From assembly GCA_951406725.2 (NCBI GenBank), contig OX597832.1, forward strand, positions 50,778,001-50,842,000: 64,000 nt of DNA, read 5' to 3'. This stretch comes from Octopus vulgaris (lineage: Eukaryota). Below, one piece after another: positions 57,693 through 64,000 of the stretch. Position 1 is the first letter of the stretch; every line of letters starts with the position of its first letter. Position numbers and translations under genes: made by a program. Below the pieces are notes generated by a model that saw only the letters and a list, made by a program, of their open reading frames with translations, was not told the DNA's origin and made no database searches.

Positions 57693-57980
57693 TGTATGTA
57701 TGTATGTGTGTATGTATGTATGTATGTATGTATGTATGTATGTATGTATGTATGTATGTATGTGTGTGTATATGTTTGTGTGTCTGTGTTTGTCCCCCCA
57801 ACATCGCATGACAACCGATGCTGGTGTGTTTGCGTCCCCATAACTTAGCGGTTCGGCAAAAAGAGACCGATAGAATAAGTACTAGGCTTACAAAGAATAA
57901 GTCCCTGGGGTCGATTTGCTCGACTAAAGGCGGTGCTCCAGCTTGGCCACAGTCAAATGCCTGAAACAAGAAGAAGAGTA
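57495..57980 (+). mobile_element. SINE family B, full length
   Basis: Consensus match with internal (TATG)n; inserted in (ATAAT)n. Confidence 0.9.
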
Positions 57981-58326
57981 TAATATATAATATAATACAT
58001 GACTCTCCCGTCGAAGACAACATATGAGTGTTCAGCTTTTTTGCCGAATGACTTGCACAGATGATTTGTCTATTGTTTATAGTGATCAAATGATTGTGCC
58101 GCGCATTAACTCACTCTCTCCATCAAATCGACGTTTCCTGAACAGGTGCATAGTGTGCCACGCGTCAGATGTCGAAGTGAATGAAAAGGACAAAGTGAGA
58201 TGAAGTGTTTTGCTCAAGAACACAATTGAAACCACGGTCTCGCGATCGTGTGTGCAACACCCTATCCACTAGGCCACGCGTACTCACATAATATGATACA
58301 ATGTAATGTAATGTGATGTAATATAA

Positions 58327-58726
58327 TCTTTATATATAAAGCTAAAGTTGTCTGTGTGTGGCAGGTTTGGTAGCCTTCAACTAACACTATCTCCTCCGAG
58401 ACCCTGCGGCGCAAGTTGACCAAAATTGACAGTATAGTAGAAGAAGGCTTGCTCTTCATTCCGTGGAAGAAAAAAATCAAATCGGACCATGTTAACACCA
58501 AAAATTATTTACATCAAAAAGGTGCTTTTTTTTCTATGAAAATCCCTATTTTTTACGAATTTTTGACTGCTGTGTCGCCATTTTTCGGTGTATTTCAACC
58601 AGAAAAATGTTCACTTAAAGAGTATAACAAGCTACATAATGCAAAATTTTTACTTTTCAAAAATTCCAATTCTGCAGGGTCGAATAGAAAACAAACCCGA
58701 ACAACGCCGGGCTATAATACTACTAG
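58327..58726 (+). mobile_element. Non-autonomous Helitron
   Basis: 5' A|TC start (TCTTTATATATAAA), subterminal hairpin CCCG-AACAACGC-CGGG and 3' CTAG|T. No TSD or TIR. Confidence 0.8.
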
Positions 58727-59627
58727 TATAATATAATATGATGGCTGTAATTTGATTTCGAGCTATGCTATCACTTGATTGTTCTCTTAAAGCAGCGAGG
58801 ATGTGGCATTTTCAGTTCTACTAAGGACCTGTATTCTTTTGCACAGATGTGGCAACAATGGGCGTTTCTTGCAGTAGATGTTTCGATAGTTACCACCCAC
58901 GCTGACATTTGCCTTCATTTCATCAGTGAATTTTTTCATGGAGTGTTTCCCCTATTTTTTTTTCGGCTATGATCGGTCATACTATGAAACGCATTGTAGA
59001 GATGTTAAGCAAGAAGCTACACCAGTCCTGGAAGTTTTTTTAAAGTGAATAAAAGCTTTGTACAGGTCCAGTTCCACCCTCTAAACAACGTATACATTTT
59101 CCCTGCCCCCAAAAGAAAAAAACAAAAACTAGTTTACATCATTGGGTACAAGCGAAGTCATAAGTGTTACAACAGAGATTTCCTTCTCCAGCAGAGATGG
59201 CTAAATATATATATATTAGAGATCTCTCACCTCCAGTGGTGGGAAGCCCGTTGACTCTACTGAGCTCATCCAAGCTTTTGTTTTCTGTCCTGCAGGGCGT
59301 CCAAGGAAAAACCACCTTCTTAACCTTGCAGGCTTGGTAGAGTTGCCGGTTTAGAGCGACATGTACAAGGTTACATGTTAGCAGTATGTATGTATGTATG
59401 TATGTATGTATGTATGTATGTATGTATGTATGTATGTATGTATGTATGTATGTGTGTGTGAGTGTGTATGTATGTATGTGTTTGTACGTATGTATGTGTA
59501 TGTATGTACGTATGTATGTATGTATGTGTGTGTGTATGTATGTATGTGTGTGTATGTATATATGTATGTGTATGTATGTATGTGTGTGTGTCTCTATATA
59601 TGTATGTATGTATGTATGTATGTTTGA

Positions 59628-59659
<32 letters not shown>

Positions 59660-59943
59660 ATGTATGTATGTATGTATGTGTGTATGTGTATGTATGTATG
59701 TGTGTGTATGTATGTATGTACATGTATGTATGTGTATAATATATATCATATGTTATATATATATATACATCATATATTGTGTATGTTATATACATACATA
59801 TGTATATAACACGCACGCACACACACATACATACACATAATATATATAACATGATATACGTTATATAACATGCATAAACATATATACACGTATGCTATGT
59901 TGTGTAATGTTATATATGTATGTATGTATGTATGTATATGTGT

Positions 59944-59977
<34 letters not shown>

Positions 59978-60447
59978 CAGTGTCTGTGTGACTCTGTGTA
60001 AGTGTGTGTGTGTGTAGACATACATATACATACATTATAACAGTTGTTTTGCACCGGTTTAGCCCCACTCGATCGGATCTAAGGCCTATGATTATGATCA
60101 AAGCTGTTCTTGTGTTCTTGTCGTCACCATCTTGTCTTTTATACAGACAAACTGTATTAAATGCGTTCCTTAGAAAAAAAACCCCTAAAAGATGGGGGTG
60201 TGATTTGAGAGGAGATTTGGGTGTTATTTCTAGCAGGGCCGGCAATTGTCCTGAAGCATCAACCGCTGGTTCTTGCACCCTCTTTATGTCCAATTCGAGT
60301 TTCCGTCAGCTCAAAATGTTTTACCCAACAATTCTAACTATTCGATATCTATATAAGATTTTATCATATTAATGTCCATTGTATATGTAATGGAATCATC
60401 GTACATATCTATATCTATATCTATATATATATCTATATATCTATATA

Positions 60448-60496
<49 letters not shown>

Positions 60497-60714
60497 CATC
60501 TTTTGCATGCTTCAGTCATTAGATTGCGACCATGCTGGGACATCACCTTACAAGGTTTAGTTGACTCCAGTGCATATTTTTGAAACATCGCACTTTTTTT
60601 ATTGGCTTTAATTTGCCAAACCTCTAAGTTACGTGGGAGGATTAGCAAACCGGCTGTCAAGCGGCGTGGTGTGATAGACACAAACGCATTTTCAAATCCT
60701 CTGTATATATATAT

Positions 60715-60877
60715 AGGCGTAGGAGTGGCGGTGTGGTAAGTAGCTTGATTACGAGCCACATGGTTCCGAGTTCAGTTCCACTGCGTGGCACCTTGGGCAA
60801 GTGTCTTCTACTATAGCCTCGGCCAGATCAAAGGCTTGTGAATGGATTTGGTAGACGGAAACTGAAAGAATCCCGTC

Positions 60878-60968
<91 letters not shown>

Positions 60969-61177
60969 TTTGTGTGTCTGTGTTTGTCCCCCCCAACATC
61001 GCTTCACAACCGATGCTGGTGTGTTTACGTCCCCGTAACTTAGCGGCTCGGCAAAAGGGAACCGATAGAATAAGTACTAGGCTTACAAAGAATAAGTCCT
61101 GGGGTCGATTTGCTCGACTAAAGGCGGTGCTCCAGCATGGCTACAATCAAATGACTGAAACAAGTAAAAGAGTAAAG

Positions 61178-61178
<1 letters not shown>
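60715..61178 (+). mobile_element. SINE family B, full length, flanked by antisense family B fragments (about 60500-60690 and 61215-61415)
   Basis: Consensus match with internal (TA)n(TG)n. Confidence 0.9.
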
Positions 61179-61214
<36 letters not shown>

Positions 61215-62101
61215 CGGCGGGATTCCACACTGTTTCTGCCTACAAAATTCAAATTCACTCACAAGGTATTGTGATAGCCCGTTTTTTTTTTTTTTGTCGA
61301 AGTATATTCTATGATAGCCCCGTGGTATTATAGAAGACACTTGTTAAATAGCCGCGCAGTGGAACTGAACCCGAAATCGCATGTTTGCAGCCGGAACCTC
61401 TTAAACACACAGCCCACGCTGCTTTATTGATATTAGTACTCTTAATACTAGATTTATGGATATTTATTGAATATAGATCTGACAGACTAACATATCTTTG
61501 TCTAAACTGATTTCTTATAAAGAAACACTATGTGCTTACTTCGTGTTTACAGCGCGGTTTGATAAGCTTGTTTCACATGAAGAGAATTACAAGTAAATCA
61601 CAAAGCAATCAACCCTTGCTCTTGTTACTGTCCTTGTTGCTAATCTTCTTGCTTTTGTAGCTTAGCTGTAGGTCACCTTGATCGGAAGAAAAGTGATCAG
61701 ATGAAAACCAGCCGTGACCATCCCGTCTTTTTAGAGATATTTAGGAACGCATTTCATTTCATTTCATTTCATTTCATTCTTTCGTTTGTTCGTTTGTTTG
61801 TCTTAATGATAGAGTGTGATTTGAGGGAGATTTGCCTGCTGTTCTTAACAGGTCGAGAAGTCGAGCGACCACACAAAGTTTCCAGCGTAGATCACATCAG
61901 ATGCTGTTACCACGTTAAAGTGGATAGTCTCTGCTTGGAGGAGCAATTATACATAATTGCCTCCGGGCGTTCTGCTTTTGCATTGTTTGGCCAGAGTTGG
62001 TCAGCGTTCCTGCCTTCAGTACATAACATATGTATGCATAAATACATGCATATATGCATACATAACTTTATATATACGTGCAGTCATGCCTAACTCCCCC
62101 T

Positions 62102-62146
<45 letters not shown>

Positions 62147-62207
62147 AGAGTTTACAAAAAAAATAAAAGACGAAGACAGGTGGTGTACAAAACAAACAGA
62201 TGTATTA

Positions 62208-62253
<46 letters not shown>

Positions 62254-62344
62254 GCAACCATAAATACATACATATACATACACTCATACATGCATACGTA
62301 CACATACATACACACATGCGTACATACATACATACATACATACA

Positions 62345-62377
<33 letters not shown>

Positions 62378-62682
62378 GCAGGAATATTACATACACAGGC
62401 GTTGTATGAGAATATATTATTCGTTTGCTAAAATAATGAATAAATTTGGCCCCTGATAATTGCTTTTTCATAATTTGAATCCTTATTGGGTCTCATCAAA
62501 TTAAGATGTATTGCGAAATTACATGCCTTCTATTCACTTTATACTGTAAGAAAATATAACGGATTTATCGTCTGGTGTTGCGGGGGCGACGTATACATTT
62601 CTGTACATATACATTCATGTCATAAAGACACACCAATACATATATGCTTACTTACCTGCACACACACACACCTACCTACCTA

Positions 62683-62957
<275 letters not shown>

Positions 62958-62961
62958 TTTT

Positions 62962-63145
62962 TGCGGCGGCGAGCTGGAGAGATCGTTTGCACGCCAGGCA
63001 AAATGCTTCTCGGCATTTCGTCAGTCTTTACGTTCTAAATTCAAATTCCAGCGAAGTTGACTTTGCCTTTCATCCTTTCGATCTCGATAAAATATGTATC
63101 CTCCCCTCCCCACAAAATTCCAGGCCTTGTGCCAATAATAGAAAT
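62962..63145 (+). mobile_element. SINE family A, tail-2 variant (diverged)
   Basis: GCGGCGAGCTGG head, GCCTTTCATCCTTTCG core and GGCCTTGTGCC tail. Similar fragments at about 39195-39330 and 54455-54690. Confidence 0.7.
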
Positions 63146-64000
63146 GATTATCACTAATATTGCTGTTGTTAAGAACACGACTTTGAGCTAGCTTTATTTT
63201 TTTACCTTAAGAATTTCCCTTTCTTTCCTTATTAGTCTTTCGTATTTCGTTTGCAACAGAGTTCCAATGTCCACCGTCGCTGCCAACAACTCCATTTTTA
63301 GATATGAATGTGGGCGAAAGCAAGCATGCGTTGTTATGTCAGTGTACGCTAACAGCACACACAATGACAGTCGTCTATGTGTGTTCTATGGAGATGGTAG
63401 ATATCCTCTTCAATATAGAGCGTTGGTTGTTTGAAATCCTAATCGTGGGAAGGAAGTCTTGAAATCTCCCACACGAAAAAGAAATTGATGTACTAGAATG
63501 GATCCTGGCCAACTGCGGATGTGTGGGTAGTTTTTGTTGACCAAACTATTGAATAGCGCTAAAACAAATTCAACACAGCGAAGGCGACAAATGAAGTTAC
63601 CTGGTAAGAAACAAACATTCCACAACCGGAAGTGTTACGATGATAGATCTTGCGTTGGTTTTTGACAAACAATGCTCCGGTTGTTTAATCAACGGAAATA
63701 CTTAGTCATTGAATTACAGTGGAGGTGGTTGATTGTTCTGAGTACACTCTTGATATATTCCCCAGGCAGAATCAGCAAGAAACTATGTTTGATAAAAGAT
63801 CGCCCTTTGAATTAGCTGGCACAGCTCATCCGACGAGCTTTTTTATTTTCTTTTACGCTAATTTCTGTTTGCCTAGTTTCACTTTCAAGAATCGAGCCGA
63901 CTTGAGGGGGCTACGAAAGAAGGAACTTGCCCAAGGTCACACACACACATACATGGAGCGTATTACATGAATTAAGTGTATGTTGGTCATAGAACAGATG

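Noticed and set aside
59270-59355. Strong acceptor ttttctgtcctgcag as a candidate SLC16 exon 2
   Set aside because: The phase-1 continuation reads GRPRKNHLLNLAGLVELPV* with no TM2 similarity.
63340-63450. Minus-strand peptide ending HIDDCHCVCC*, reminiscent of cystine-knot C-termini
   Set aside because: It is very short, partly from a GT repeat, and has no supporting upstream exons. Cannot be supported.

Overview
This is eukaryotic, very repeat-rich genomic DNA with no prokaryotic features: no operons, CRISPR arrays, rRNA or intact tRNA genes. The repeat complement looks like an octopus (coleoid cephalopod) genome. That assignment is inferred from recognisable tRNA-derived SINE families and extreme microsatellite density. 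Almost all ORFs in the supplied track are microsatellite artefacts. The one convincing protein-coding sequence is the first coding exon (51392-52685, +) of an SLC16/monocarboxylate-transporter (MFS) gene. It encodes a ~387-aa low-complexity N-terminus, the PDGGWGW motif and TM1, and ends at a phase-1 GTAAGT donor. The intron continues past the window end. The rest is at least five SINE families, RTE and R4/Dong LINE remnants, hAT, mariner and Merlin/MULE-like MITEs, a non-autonomous Helitron, and micro/minisatellites. The most notable observations are: (i) at least six minimal type-I hammerhead-ribozyme-like motifs with variant cores, in two short non-coding element families; (ii) a SINE whose 3' end repeatedly joins GGTA sites, including sites in its own family, producing tandem and nested arrays; (iii) modular head/body/tail swapping among SINEs, with a covarying 3' hairpin; (iv) inverted repeats that could form dsRNA. 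Family labels A-E are my working names, and boundaries of degenerate elements are approximate.
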